This document shows positions 38,282-53,421 of a stretch of DNA of 64,000 nucleotides, in pieces. The translations under genes and the position numbers were made by a program. The notes beneath the pieces were generated by a model. That model worked only from the letters and a program-made list of their open reading frames with translations. It was not told the origin of the DNA and did no database searches. Source of the DNA: Botryllus schlosseri (Eukaryota); the NCBI GenBank assembly GCA_051294905.1, contig CM119371.1:33358001-33422000 (forward strand), written 5' to 3'. The stretch's first letter is position 1, and each line of letters starts with the position of its first letter.

Positions 38282-38467
38282 TGTTATACCCATTTTATTA
38301 TAACACTGTTTGGTGATATCGAATGGTTCGCATTTATTAAATACTAATTTTCCTCAATTTTGGCCGTTTCTGCTCGCATTTTCAAGTACCAAACCAATAG
38401 ATGAAATCCCGACAGTATGGTCACTTCACTATTTTTCGAAATTGCAATGAAATGACGGTCTTGGTCG

Positions 38468-40496
38468 CAGGGTTGTAATGACTCGAGTCAGACTCGAGTC
38501 ACGATTTTTTTATGACTCGACTTGACTCGAGTCAATTTCTTGAAATGGGAAAATGACTCGACTCGACTCGAGTCAATATTTGGATTGACTCGACTTGTAC
38601 TCGAGTCATTACGCATGACTCGACCCAAGTCATTGACTCGGCTTATTTTATATGACTTGAAGATGAAGAAATTTGCGAATCATAATGGCTATAGATCAAC
38701 GCATCCGACGAATTCTGCCGACATCGCTATTTGTCACCACTGCTTTCTTCGCACTTGTCTCATATCAGATATGCCGCCGTAAAAACAACAGAAAATGTAC
38801 ATAGTAGCAATGCATTGTACAAAATCGTCCAGTGATGAAGAGGTAATAGATCCTCCGCAATTAAAGTACTCAAGACTTTTCAATTATACAAGCAAGCAAT
38901 TGAATCAAAATTCAATTAGAGCCAATGAAATGACTCAGATGGTGAAGAGATGATAAGCTCATGTGTAGATTTGAAGGCGATGATTCTTTGCATTTTTGGG
39001 CGACTAGAAAGAATGAGTATTGAATGATATTCAGTGTGGTTCAAAAATGCTTGTCAATTCCTGCATCAAGTTCTAGTGCACTAGTGGAACGTGTATTCAG
39101 TATATGTGGATTCATTTTATGGCCATGCCGCTTTAACATATTTGAGGATCTCCTTTCCACATTAGTATTTTTGAGGTGTAACTCATTGATTTGATCTGCT
39201 GTCTGTGAAAACACACAATGCCCCTCGTCCATTTGACGTTTTGTTAAGGTATGTGCATTGTGCACGTGAGTAATAATGAATGGCTAATGTTATGTGAAGT
39301 TTGTACAATATGGCTGTTCTAAAATAACTTCTTTTTTTATTTTACTGGGTGGTTACTTGATAAAATTGTTATGTTGCATAGAAGGAACACTGAATCTGGC
39401 TTAATTTGAAAAAAGTGGAATCAATGATGTAAGAGGAGAATATTTTGGATTTGAAAATAAATGGAGTATTTTAGTGAGAAATTCTTTCATATAATATAAT
39501 ACATAGTAGTAAGCCGACTATTTTTTCATATCCAAAACATTCTAATCTAATAACTTCACTTTTTCTAGTTGGAATGGAGTCAAATTTGCTATGAATCATA
39601 TTTTTACACAATGTAGCAATATCATGAGATAGCCGGTAAAATTCGAAAATATCTATTTGAAATTAGTCTAAAATTTTCTTTCATAGCATTGCTTTCTACT
39701 GGTTGGAATTGAGCCAAATTTGATTTTTTAGGCAATCTAGCAATTTTAAGAAGTAGCCGGAATATTTGAAAAAATGTTTTTGAACAGCCCCATTGTACAA
39801 TTATTTCTCCAATGCTGTAACTGCGATGTAGTCTGTAATGCACTTTAGTATAATCAAAAGGTATCTGTTCTGTTGTCACTGCACAATGTACATAGTTGCA
39901 TGCACGCTTTTACAGCATGCTGGCCTGTTGCAAATACCTCTACATAAACATGCATCTATTGATTCTCTATCAACTATAGTATCTTGACGTGAATTTGTTG
40001 GTTCTCTATCAGATAGTATGTAGACGTGAATTCGTTGGCTCTCTATCAGCTATTCGTGAGCTATCGTCGATGTGCTCATAATAAAAACTGAATGCTTGTA
40101 TTGGTGATGTATCAGACTGACAAGAGAGATATTTGATTTTAAGGTCTAAGATTAGTAAAGTTATCTTTAGCATCGGTAAATGAGGCCAGGACCCGTCCGT
40201 TATCTGCCTAAATAAACACTTGTCAAGACTCTGATAGGGGCAAAATGAGCATGTTTCGCAAACAAGGAATTCGATATCACCCAAGCAGGATTGAAAACAT
40301 GAGTTGAACATGACTTCAATACTGTGACTTGGACTCGACTCGAGTCATAACACCATGACTCGGACTTGACCCCTTAAACGGTGACTTGGACTCGGACTCG
40401 AGTCTGTGATGAATTGAAAATGACTCGACTCGAGTCAATACCACAAAAGTATGATTGACCCGTGACTCGGAACCATGTGACTTGGTTACAACCCTG
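38468..40496 (+). mobile_element. Internally deleted hAT element at its original insertion site
   Basis: TIRs as in 8983-12571. Perfect TSD CTTGGTCG at 38460-38467 and 40497-40504. Confidence 0.93.
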
Positions 40497-43400
40497 CTTG
40501 GTCGGTAGAGTCTCGATTCATATGACTCGGTTCGAGTCATGAACCGTATTTTGAGAAAATGACCCGAGTCGAGTCATCAGAAAGTTGTGACTGGAGTCGG
40601 ATTCGAGTCATTATAGAACCCTTGTATGAACCCGTGCTCGATGGTTGTTATAGCAACCAGGGTTGAAATGACTCGAGTAAAGACTCGACTGGAGTCGAGT
40701 CATGTTTTCAAAATACGGAAATGACTCGACTCGAGTCAATCTGTGTATTGACTCCACTTGGACTTCATTTCGCATGACTCGAGCCAAGTCATATGACTTG
40801 AGAATCAGACGACCAAGACCGACATTTCATTGTAATTTCGAAGAATAGTAAAGTCACCGCACTATTGGGATTTCATCTATTGGTACTGGTACTTGAAAAT
40901 GCGACCAAAAACTGTTCGAAGTGTGAAAAGTTAGTATGTTATAAATGCGAACCGGAATCGCCTATGCGTAACAAAAACAAATTTCTTTAGTGAGGAACAC
41001 TGACTCCCAAGTTTTATTTCTTTGTGGAGCTCATCATTTTCTTCTGCTGTTCGCATATGTACTGTGAAGCTAAAATTGATCGAATGAAGTCTTATTGAAT
41101 CACGCAGGGCGCGAAGAAAATTTCGAGATTACTGAATCTCTTAAAGAATTTAGGAGTAAAATCGTGAAGCCCATTTGCAGGTCCACTGCCGTCAACACAT
41201 AGTAATTGAATCACATGTCAACGGCCGTATAAATTTACTTCTACGGACGCAGGTTGGCCACCCCTTGCAATATAGGGATAGCATATTTTGAGACCCAAAA
41301 TCAGGCACTCATTACAAATTCGAAATTTATTATATTGGACGCGAATACGGGTAATTTGAAAACCTATATAGGAAATCCTGTTATGTTGCCCTAAAAAAGT
41401 TATGTTGACATCTCCACTCCTGCAAAACCATCGAAGTAGCTCGCAACTCGTAAGTTTAAACAAACTTCGCTAAGTTGCGACCGTACGAGTTCATGACCTT
41501 CAGCAGTAGAATAAATGCAAAGTCGTATTTCTTTGTAGCTGCATAGTCGTAACGGTAATTTGGATGAAATTTTATTGTTATTGACGGCTTACCAGCAAAA
41601 AGGTTGAGAGAGAGAGTGAGAGAGAGAGAGAGAGAGAGAACCATAGCCATAGATGTCAATAGTTTCTCAGTGCTTAGTGCTCAGAATTTCACATCCCTTG
41701 GTGGATTTGAGGGGATTTCGGTATTCTGGCATAGTCAATATTTGGACTTACGGAATCAGTGCGTCGATAGCATTTGATTGATGCTAGTTATTATAAATTA
41801 TCAGCTGTCCATGATGAATTACATTATCGAGGTGAGGCACGACTGGCAATTATCTTATACTTGTCCAGACGACAGGTGAGGTATTGCCTCACTCCCCTTC
41901 CTGACTGCACGTCACTGAAATGATCCCTCCGCAGTACCATGCTTATTGCTTAGGGCCGTAACAGTACGTCGTCAGCCCCCCTCAAAACGGTGGTTTCGGG
42001 CCCCCATACGATGATATACCGAACTGCTGGGGTGCTTCTCCCCCCAGACCCCTCAGGCTGCACGCTGTTTACCGCTACTTGTAATCTACATTGGAGGCCG
42101 TTTACTGAAGCAGCATTTCTGGCGTTAATGCGCGAAGCGCGAAAGATTTCTATTATTCATGAATGAATCGGTCAATAAGATCGGGAGTTGCATGTATATT
42201 GTTATTGCAATCAATTTCTTGTCCTCTCTGCTCACGTAATCAGATTTACCGGTAGAGCTGACTGAGGTGTCTTGGATAGGCTACTGTATGGCCCGTTGGT
42301 ATGACTCCGTAGCATGATGTTATTTCATGACCTCCTGTCTGCTATATCAACAAAAAAAAGAATCGCCCAAACGTAGGCTATTAAACTAAAAGACGCACAC
42401 GATTTTAAATTGGTATTTCTTCACTGGCATATAATTTTTCCCTGCGTGATGGTATATGTCTTGTGAGGTTCAGATTGCCGAGACAAGAACATTCGGCAGC
42501 CGTCATTTAGGCGCCTATGGACAATTAAACCTGTATGTGCATATGTGCATATAACGAAGTTTTCGGTCAGCACAAGGGCAGTCCTTTTCGGCCAAGGTTT
42601 TCTCGCTGCCGATCGTTCTGGCACACTTCTTGGAGTCGCATGTTACATGGCTTAAAACACTGGTTCTCAATTTTTTGTCTTCGCGGACCCCTTTTGGACC
42701 ACCACGGACCCCGCAGACCCCCTCAAGTTTTCGTTCAAAATTAGCTCGATTATCGCGCAACCGCCATCTGTCTCGTGCAGATACTGATTGTAGGCTATTG
42801 ATAAACAGCAACAAAATGGCTTTTCTTGAAAATAGCATCACAGTATATGTAAAAAATGGGTAGACTTTTATTATATAGTAACGAATTTTGCAGCTGTATT
42901 TATTGTCTTGAAAATCCGTCACTTCGATTGGATACGAACGAGTGCCAAAAATCCATTTTCACACATATATATTGGTGGCGAATGTAATATTAACGCGTAA
43001 CGCTTTCGACGACAGATTTTTGTTGTGAGTTTTTAATAAAAAGTTCACGTCCAGCCTAGTCGTTTCTATCTATGATCTCACCTTGAAGTTATTTAGTGGT
43101 TATATCACAGGAGTAAATGGATTTCTTGGAGAGGTTTCAATTCCTTCATTGGGACAGATTAGGAAAAAAAATAAGGAATTTATATTTAAACGACTGTTTG
43201 ATAATTTGCTGAGACTGACAACTCCAAATCAAAAGTGCTACCTCTAACATTTCATTTTTCCACAGACCCCAACAAAACATTTGTAAACAGTAGGATGTGT
43301 CATCTCAGACGACCATTTTAATGATGTGAGTCCTAAAGTTTGAGCAATTATGAAGCGAACCCGTCATGCCTTTCCCAATTAAAAAAAAGGTTATCAATCA

Positions 43401-45264
43401 CGTTACAAATTTAGAGGTTTCGCGGACCCCTGAAAATGCTTCGCGGACCCCCGGTTGAGAACCACTGACCTAAAATTTTATATGTGTTGGTGCATCGTGG
43501 CGCGGTAATGGCCAACGCCGAAATGCCCATTTTTATAAATCTTGCGTGTTTTTTCTTTAGGGAAGGTAACCAAAAATCAAGATATTTGGCAACTTAAAAT
43601 CGCGCCCAGCGCAAAATGTTTTTGAAATAGTTTCATAAATATTTTAAAAAAACTCTATAATTTATGCTAATTCACTAAATAATTTTGGGCCCCTGTCGAG
43701 CTCGCACCCTCCAAATTGGGGGGTTTGGAGTGCGACAGTTAAGGTCCTGCTTATATAATAATGGATATTAATATTAATAATTCATAATGCATATATATTA
43801 ATGCATAGGGCATATACCGTAAGTCAATCCACACTAGTTTCAATGTGGAACAGACGGTTTGGCAAACGGGTCCACGAAAAGTATTTTGTCTTTGAAACCG
43901 CTCCGCAGAGCTAAAATGGTTGCCGACCCCTTCCTTAATACACACTTTATAGGGTTGTGTTCTGTGCATCCTTCAACTATTTGAAATCTTTTTATATCTG
44001 AAAACTCCTCAAAATATCAATGACTTTAGACAGACACACATTGAGCAAGCACGTGCATTGCAGTTTTGCACCAAAGCCACCCATGGTATGTATAATTTTG
44101 CTATGTCTTAAATTGGAACTTCTATGAGTACGTTTCTGTGACTTCATTCTACGCTCAGCTCAGATAAGTGTTCTTGAGATGGTCTATCCACAATGTCTGA
44201 ATCTCAAAAACTTCAGATATTCAATACCAAACCAGCTAATCAGTGGTTCCCAACCGGGGGGGGGGGGGTTGATATTATTAGGGGGGAATCTGACTTTCGC
44301 GTAGTATCGGAAGATACACTGGGTTCACATGGTTTATAGATTATTGTAGTATTGAACTGTAGAAATTATTTCTTTACAATTGTACCTTTCTTTGGCCGAT
44401 TTTAAGCTAGGTGGCGGATTTCACTGTCTTCCGTAGATAATACACCCCCTGATAAAGTGAGGCTCTCGAGACGTTCTCGTTGGGCCCGCGACAGCTTCTC
44501 GACCAAATTGCTACTAAGCAGAAAAAGGCCAAGCCGAATTCAACACAAGGCCGCTGGTGAAATTGTTTAACTTTTTAGCCAACATATGAGCTAACGTGAA
44601 CATAATAAGCCATAGCAACCGGACTTGGTGATTTATTTTTCGTCACCGGCTACCCGACCGGTAAAAAAAACAGGTCAAATTTAACTGTACTTTACCGAAG
44701 TGTAGTACGGTCCCCAATCGACAGGAATCGGACATAACTGAATATGTTTGGTCATTAATTGCTCAGTCAACAAGTGGCTGGGCGTTAAAAAGCACCTTTT
44801 TTAGTCACAGGCAAATTTTTCATAGGGGGGAATTTTTGCTTAAATATCGGCCATTGGGGCCACGAGACGAAAAAGGTTGGGAACCACTGAGCTAACAGAA
44901 TACATATCTGTAAAAGTATCAGTAATAATCACCCACGTTACAAGAACTGCAGCAGAGACTTTATTAAGCGTCTAACCGTCGAAGCGGCTAGATGCGAAAG
45001 ACACAGAAACAACACAAGACATCACTACTATAACCGGGAGCGGTATAGAGCACGGCTGCCACATATCGACTGCAATTGTACATGTGAATATCCCTATGCA
45101 TTTTATGAAACGTCCATGAATTTACGTCAGGAAATATTGGAGAATAAAATCGAATAATTGGACGGAGATGAAAAAAAACGTTTTTCAGATACTTGAATGT
45201 AATACATGTTAATGACTTCACCCCTGGAGTAACCCTTCGCAGTATATGCTGTCCCCCATGCATT

Positions 45265-46533
45265 TCATCCATGATTGTTGCTGCCAGTATGCACATTCAT
45301 ATGTCGCTGGAGGTTATTCTTCTGAGTAAACGCTCTCCCACATAAATCACATTTATGATTTTTGATGCCACCATGTATATACATATGAAGCTTGAGGAGA
45401 CCCTTCTGAGAAAATGCTTTACCACAAACATCACATTCATGTTTTTTGACACCAGCATGCATATCCATATGTTTCCTGAGATTATTTTTTTGAGTAAATG
45501 CCTTCCCACATACATCACACCCATGATTTTTGATGCCAGTATGCACATTCATATGTCGCTGGAGGTTATTCTTCTGAGTAAACGCTCTCCCACATAAATC
45601 ACATTTATGATTTTTGATGCCACCATGTATATACATATGAAGCTTGAGGAGACCCTTCCGAGTAAATGCTTTCCCACATACATCACATCCATGGTCTTTG
45701 ATGCCAGTATGGATATTCATATGTTGCCTGAGTGCATGTTTATAAGTAAATGCCTTTCCACATATATCACATTTATGTTTTTTGATGCCAGCGTGCATCT
45801 TCATATGAACCCCGAGGCTCTTCATCTGGGCTAATGTCTTCCCACATACATCACATTTAATACCTTTTCTGCCAATATGCGTTTTCATATGACAATTGCG
45901 ATCAATCTTCCTAATGAATGCTTTCCCACATATCTCACATTGATGTTTTTTGACGTCATCATGAGTATTCATATGAAGTTTAAGGCAACGGTTACTAGTA
46001 AATGCTTTATCACATACATCACATTTACGATTTTTGATGCCGGAATGCATCGCCATATGACTATTGAGGTCATTCTTCCTCAAAAATGGTTTACCACAAA
46101 CATCACATTCATGATTTTTGACACCAGCATGCATATCCATATGATGGTTGAGGTGGGCCTTCTGAGTAAATGCTCTCCCACATACATCACATTCATGTCT
46201 TTTGACGTCAGCGTGCATATCCATATGAGACTTGAGGTAGCTCTTCAGATGAAACGATTTCCCACATATAGCACATTCAAGACTTTTGATACCAACATGC
46301 ATATTCATATGTCGCTTGAGGTCACCCTTCATAGTAAATGTTCTCCCACATACATCACATATATGAGTTTTGGTGTAGACGTTTCGAGAGAATTCTTTTT
46401 TGGCAACATCGCATGGATGATCTTTCAAGTCGTGATGAATAGATAATTTTTCTGACTCCATGTCGCTCTTTATATGGAAATGACAATGGTGTTTATTTCT
46501 TACAGTGGTAATAATATCTGTTTTCAAGTTCAA
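45265..46533 (-). CDS. Tandem C2H2 zinc-finger protein, 13 fingers with all Zn ligands (duplicate of 17340-18608)
   Basis: Intact frame; differs from copy A by 3 amino acids. First ATG at 46461. Confidence 0.93.
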   Translation of the reverse strand: MNLKTDIITTVRNKHHCHFHIKSDMESEKLSIHHDLKDHPCDVAKKEFSRNVYTKTHICDVCGRTFTMKGDLKRHMNMHVGIKSLECAICGKSFHLKSYLKSHMDMHADVKRHECDVCGRAFTQKAHLNHHMDMHAGVKNHECDVCGKPFLRKNDLNSHMAMHSGIKNRKCDVCDKAFTSNRCLKLHMNTHDDVKKHQCEICGKAFIRKIDRNCHMKTHIGRKGIKCDVCGKTLAQMKSLGVHMKMHAGIKKHKCDICGKAFTYKHALRQHMNIHTGIKDHGCDVCGKAFTRKGLLKLHMYIHGGIKNHKCDLCGRAFTQKNNLQRHMNVHTGIKNHGCDVCGKAFTQKNNLRKHMDMHAGVKKHECDVCGKAFSQKGLLKLHMYIHGGIKNHKCDLCGRAFTQKNNLQRHMNVHTGSNNHG

Positions 46534-49500
46534 AGTGGTTATTACATATTTTCCACAATTTCTTCAGTGTATATACCGGTAAGTAGTTCTATGACGGCAT
46601 GGCACGGTCTGATAATTATGAAACTATGAAAGTGTCGAACTGTTGACGTTTTTCGACGTTAAAAAACCTAATTTTGAAAAAATGTTGCCCTAATGTATAT
46701 AAATTATGAGTTTTCACGCATAATGCTAGAATTGTACTACTCATCTTCATTTCTGGCTGGAACTGTCTGTCCTCACATCACGAAGTATGGTACAAATACA
46801 ATTAAAATGTATTGTAGTACAACGGAAGATACTTTCCTACATTCTCGGGTAGAAAGTGTCTGTCCTTTGTAAGTAGCTTGCCAAGAGTGGAGAAAAAACG
46901 TTAAACAGCAGCAGTTGTGCGTACACTGCTGGTGAAAATCCGTGTTGCTTCAATGTTGTCTACATCAGTGGTTCTCAACCTCCCCTCCCGCGGACCGGCA
47001 AAATTTCAAAAGATATGTGGCGGACCGGTGAACCTTGAAAATTGAAATCAACCCCAAATGTAATGTATGCAGCTGTTTTCCTGCAAGTATGGTACTGGAG
47101 CAGGCGTGGTCAACCTTTTTGCTATTCACGGCCACATTTCGATCACTTATACGGCCTACGGCCGCATACCAGGACACACAGTCGTGATGAACTACCTAGA
47201 CGCGAAATACCCATGTCCATTACTGGTGAACTCCGGACTAATCGACTTTATGATATCGTCTTACCCTACGCGGGGAAATCACTATATAGTGCCCACGTTA
47301 TGAATAGTTACTATAGGAACAATGATCTTGGCGCGCAACGTGAAAATTCTATTCTATTCTCCAACGAATTTCATCATTAACACTGGTCGTCTCTCGTATT
47401 ACTATTTATCCTTTCTCAGCCAATGCGATCAGATTCATCGGTAGAGTTGATGTAGGGAGTGTTTTCGAAAATTTTGGCAATTTATGAATGTTGATGAATC
47501 TTCGGGTGGGCCGATTGTTACTGTAGTCACTTTGTTGCGTGTTGTTATTCCTTGACCTCCCATCAGGATTGTCGGTATAGTGGAAAGAGATTGGAATCTA
47601 CCAAACGTACCAGAAACAAATTTCTTTCGCGAGGAGCGTAGACCTATAGTTCCTAGATGGTGTTTCTATATCGCAGTGGTCGGGAACCTATGGCTCTTTT
47701 GGTCTAAGATATGGCTCTTTGGGAAATTTTTAATTTTTTGCCTAATTTATCAATATTGCAGCAACTTGTTAGTAAATTTTCATGACGGCCAGAATATTAT
47801 TCTCGTGGCAGCATAAGAACGTATTTGATAGGTCAAGACAGTGCGGGATATCCACTATCCAAGGTTAGGGGCTCGTACCGCCCTCTTTTCAAAATCCCCA
47901 AATATAAGTTGCTGTCACGCCGGCGACTAACACCACTCGCGAGTTCGATCAACCTGCCATCGCGAGCTTCGAAATCTTGGATTGCACGATACCTTGGTAG
48001 ATTAAAGAGAATAGCAGACGTGGCCACGCTTGTAGAACAATGCAGTTTTCAAATACACGTTGTCTTCCTGATCCACGCCGACAAATGAATTGCCTTGGAA
48101 GTGACATTCATAATTACAAATTCAACTTAAAAACAACGCAATAGCTATCCATGTTCTTGACGTATGTGGCCAGAAAAATATGGCGCATATTACGAATCCC
48201 ACATATTAGTGCAGGGGTGGCCAACCTGCAGCCGTAGCAGGGAATTTGTGCGGCCGTCGATACGTAATTCAATTAGTATGTGTTGGCGGCCGTCGACATG
48301 CAAAATGAAATTACGAATTCACTCTCGAATTTTTGAGAGATTTCAATGAATCTTGAAATTTTCTTTGCGCTAGACGCGATTCAATGCGACTTCTTTTCTC
48401 GATTTTAATATAGTAGGACACTTTTCAATCTGTGCCGGATTCGAAATTGTGTGCTCCTCACGAAAATAAATTGATTATGGTACATTTGGGCGATTCCAAT
48501 ATGTTTCCACTATACCGACAATCCTGATGAGGGGCCAAGAAATAACAGCATGCAACAAAGTTACTAATAGCAATTTGCCCACCGAAGATGCATTATCATT
48601 TTTATCTTAGCCTAAATTTTCAAAAGCATTCCTTCCCTCTATCAACTCTACCAGTGAATCTGATCACATGGGCTGAGAAAGTATAAATATTTGATAGCAT
48701 TATGTGATACTGCTACTATTAATGACGGAATCGATCGGTGATCTGAAAAGTTTTCATGCTTTGCGCGACTATATCCAAACCCAGTGACTATCCATAACAT
48801 TACCACTCACGATTGCGGTGCGTATAACAGGTCGATATGAAAAGTAGAATAGTGCGAAGTTCAACAGAAATAAACATGGACAGTTTAAGATAGGCATTTT
48901 GCGTCCAGTTAGTTCATTGCGGATATGCCCTGGAATGCGGCCGTAGGCTACATATGTAATCGAAATGCGCCCGTGATTAGCAAAAAGGTTGCCCACCTCC
49001 ATAGTAGTTCTACTATCGACTATGTCATACTCTAAAGTGCTACCAATATGTCACGGATTTTCAATTGTGACGTAACAGTTGATTGACATGTATGGCTCTT
49101 TGGGAGTTACAATTGAAAATATTGGGCCAATATGGCTCTTCGGTAGAAAAAGGTTCCTGACCCCTGCTATATGGGGTGCATCATTTTTTTCGGTTGTTCG
49201 CATCTGTACTGTGAGGCCCAGATTGCAAAGGGCGCTACGACAATATAATAATCGAAAAATGAAGTCGCATTGAATCACGCCTAACGCGAAGAAAGTTTCA
49301 AGTTTAATTGAAATATCTCCAAAAGTAGGCAGTCAACTCGCAAATTAAATTTTCATGTCGACGGCGGCCAACACATACTAATCGAATTACGTGTCCACGG
49401 TCGCACAAATTTCCTTCTGCGGCCGCAGGTTGGTCCTGTACTAAAGAGTGACATTCTTTTCGTAATTAATGCATCTCTGGCTTGCACAATCGCCTCTGCA

Positions 49501-51430
49501 TTGGCTTGGTGCTCCCGATATTGACTCTGGCCTACATAATCGCATCTGCAATAGTCCTGGTACAAAAGAGATAATCGCTGGCCTAACCATCGCGTCTGCG
49601 GGCCCAGCAATGCGTTGGCTCCCATCCCTCCGAGGGCTTGGTTGACAATATGCCGTTAAGTGTATTCTGATAAGTGATTGTGAGTAAAGAGCGACATCGC
49701 GAAACTGAATGACATCGAATGTTCGGAAACATGTGTGATTGTTTGTGCGTGCAAGCGTAATTGATTTCCACTAATAGGCCTACTTAATTCGAAAAGAATT
49801 GAAACCCAGTCATTTTATTTCAAACACTGCCATCTTATTTTTCGGCTTGCTACGCACCTGATCACGTGAATTTATCAAGGAGGGATTTGAGAGAGATATC
49901 ACGCCTTCCTCAATTCCGATATAGGACAGTATGATTCCAGTATCAGCTACCCGTCCTTCCAGTACTCCGAACCTATACAGACGAATGGTTCAAAAGGAAT
50001 GCGAAGTGTTTGAAGCTTCCGGGAAACGACTTGCCAACCTTTAGTCTCGCTACGAAGTGCTGATTACTATTAGGTTCACTTCTGTGGAGGCGGAAAGAGC
50101 ATTCAATGCATGCGGACTCTATGTTACAAAACTCCAGTGCCGGCTACAGGATGCCACGATTGATGCAATGTGCGTCATAAGGAGGCCGTTGCTGAAGCAG
50201 TGAACATTATATTTGCGTGATTTTTCTCCTATTCATTTGTACTGCGCGCGTATACATAAATCAATAATAACACTGTGTTATGATTTTGCAATCCATTTTT
50301 CATGCACATCTCGTGAAATCGATTGTCTCACTTAGCAGTTATTATCCGGTTAACCCGTTAGATAAATTCCAAATATACGGATATATCCGTTATCCCGATC
50401 ATAAAAATTATTGTTTTCCGAACCAACCCTAGTACAGGCCAAAGAAAACGGTCATATTTCAGGAAATAGACGATCCAAGTTTTGTATGTTAGCAGACTGA
50501 CGAAGTTAAATATAAATCTTCGAGTCAATTTCATGGTCAAAATACTGGCACACTCTGAGTTTTTTACAGTTAGCAACAACTGATGTTGACATGACTAGAG
50601 TCATGGCTTCAATATAGAAACGTTTTCGGAAATACCTCAATTAAGTAGCTGCACTAAAATGAGTTGACCTGATTCGAATGTCGACGTATGCATATTTCTG
50701 AATGAGTCACGACTTGGGTGCAAATAGTCGAGTCATCTTTCAAGTCATCAGCTATAATGCTTCACGATCAACAGGCCTACTAAAATCCTTTATTCCCTGG
50801 ATTCGATTTCCGTTTACGGTTTGGACGTGGTAAGTTGGATCAGCATGCCGTGACAACACGGATAAAGGAAGCGATATTGGGATGCCATGAATGGCCTTAT
50901 GAATAGTAGTGACGAGCATTATAATATCAATAAACCCATGAACAAATATATTCAATAAGTTTGAAAAGAATTGAAGCAATTTCGAAGAAATCTGATAACA
51001 ATTTGCAATAAAAATTTTTTTCTACATGAATAATTTGTCTACTCGATCTGCCTTCATAGTACAAAGTTTGCAGCCATCCTGCAATTATTGATACTTTATT
51101 GGAATTGTGCTCCCAGACAGCTTTGAATAAAGCATACTTGTTAGGAGCATTCTCATCTCATTACACATATAGAAGACCGATTAATTCGTACAGTGAGCGA
51201 TGTATAGTATTATCCCGAAAGAAGCCAGGTTACAACTAATTACACGCAAGTATAAAAATAATTGAACAAAGTCCGAGAAACCAGATCACTTTCAAAATGA
51301 GTCACCCTTGCGCACTTATGGTTCGTTACCAAGGTACCAGAATAAGAATAGTATAGAAGAGAACGAATGCAAGCCTGACATAGTCTGTAGCCTACAATAT
51401 ATGCAACAGTTTATCAAGGTCTCTCTAATC

Positions 51431-52529
51431 CAGAGGTGGGAAAACTACGGCCCGCGGGCCGCATGCGGCCCGCAACACCGTTCTGTGTGGCCCGCGAGAG
51501 TCTAGAGAAACTTTTTAAAAATATCGAAAATGCGTACTAAAAATCGAATTAATGCAGGGACTTGATTAACTTTTTATTAGTATATTTCACCATGATAATT
51601 CTAAGACAGGGGGCGTGGAAGCATCTGAAGGGGGCGCAAAGATGAGCTCCACTGAAAAAACTTTTCGCGCTAAGCGCGATTTACATCTCGTTCATAGTTT
51701 TTGCTCTGTATTTAGTCTGAATTACATGTTAAAATCTCTCATCCACAGTCGTAACCTTCCATGCCATCAAACTACCCGTTAAGTTTGCTAGCATCCTGGT
51801 TTCGTTTTGTAATATGACGAGAAGGGTGGCGCGAAATATTTCACCATCATCAGGGGGGCGGGTCTTAAAAATTTTGAGAACCATTGACCTAAGGTAAATA
51901 CTTGATATCACAGCGGGATAGCTGCAACGAGAGTGACATAATTTGGATCACGAGTGGGATTTCGGATTGGCCGCTCCATTTTCTATTATTTCAGTGATGT
52001 GCTCATAAAAACGATTCGGGCGTGTCTTAGGTAGATTCGTTGTCTGTATGCGTAGAATTAGGATATTTATATTTTATCTACATATAATAGAAGAGTGTTT
52101 GAAGCTAACATGGTTATGATGCTGTCGCCATTGTGTGTCCTGGAACTGAACCAAAAGTGGAATTAGTACATCTATGAACGGATCGGTGCTCACAGATTTA
52201 AATTTCAATTCTGTTCTAAGAATCGGGCCAACCGATCGGCTTTCATCTCTGTAGTTTTGACAAATTGGTTATTGAGGTCCACCAGCCTATGAAATCTCGC
52301 CACTATATGTTTCTGACACGTGTCGCCACTATATGTTTCTGACACGTGTATCATCAAAGCAATGTTTGGCTTGTTTTAAATAAGCACATATATTATCTCC
52401 ACGTCCTCGCTATATAATCAAATGTCAATATTGCGTTTTGGTTTATAATCCCAATTTTATATAGTGCGGCCCGCGAATGGATCCAGATGTTGAATGCGGC
52501 CCGCGAGCTCAAAAGTTTGCCCACCCCTG
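51431..52529. mobile_element. Non-autonomous Charlie/Buster-like hAT element, present only in copy B
   Basis: TIR cagaggtgggaaaact/agtttgcccacccctg. Perfect TSD CTCTAATC. Empty site cactaatc at 23504-23511. Confidence 0.92.
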
Positions 52530-53421
52530 CTCTAATCCCTTAAGTTACATGGGAATCATCATTGTTAACAAATACGAGATCAGTATGAAGCGTATATTAT
52601 ATTCGAGTAAGTATCATAGTCAAAATACTGGTATACTCGGAACTTTTCGACCAGGCACAACTGATATTACAATATTGTCGATATAAAATGTTCTTTTTAA
52701 TTATGCACTAGTTGCTGGCTATTACTCCTGACGAGTGTCAACCGAATATATTCAGGTTAATATCACAATAAATATACTAGTCAGTTGTTTATTTTAGGTT
52801 TATGATAATTTTGTAGTATAACAGACAAAATATGCATGTTGGGTCGTGCGTATCGCGGTGCAATCAGTGCTCCTCGATGCCATAGACCAGTGGTCCCCAA
52901 CCTTTTTCGACTCATCGCCCTCTTATAAAGCTCGAAAAATTTTCATCGCATCCCTAGAAGGTGACCCAAATTTGAGATCTATTGAGGTCTCGTGACCACC
53001 GTTCCCTCTAAGCTGCGCCCGTGCGCAATTGCGCAGTGCTGACACGGAAAATCTAAGCTGCGCACGAAAAAGCCGAAGGGATGACCGTTTTTTAGTTAGC
53101 ACCACAAAATTAACGAGAAAAGTTGTAATTCGGCAGTCCGATCAAAGTGATGACCTTTTTTTTTGTTGCGTACTGCTGACCAACGGACCGCGCAGTTAGT
53201 CGGTGAATGCGCACAGACAGAATTTTGCCTAAACCCCAAACGTTCAACGATAAGTTAGATAGCCATTACTGTACTATTCGGTATCATAACAACTCATACT
53301 GTCCTCCACAAATCTAACCGCACAGGGTTATTAACGTTTCGGAAATCGTTGGAGTTACTAGTATGCTAAAAAATAAGGCTACTTCGAGAAGCAATGCTGT
53401 TTTGTTACGTCTATAAAGTAG

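Noticed and set aside
52297..52348. 26-bp tandem duplication
   Set aside because: Trivial slippage event inside a non-autonomous element.
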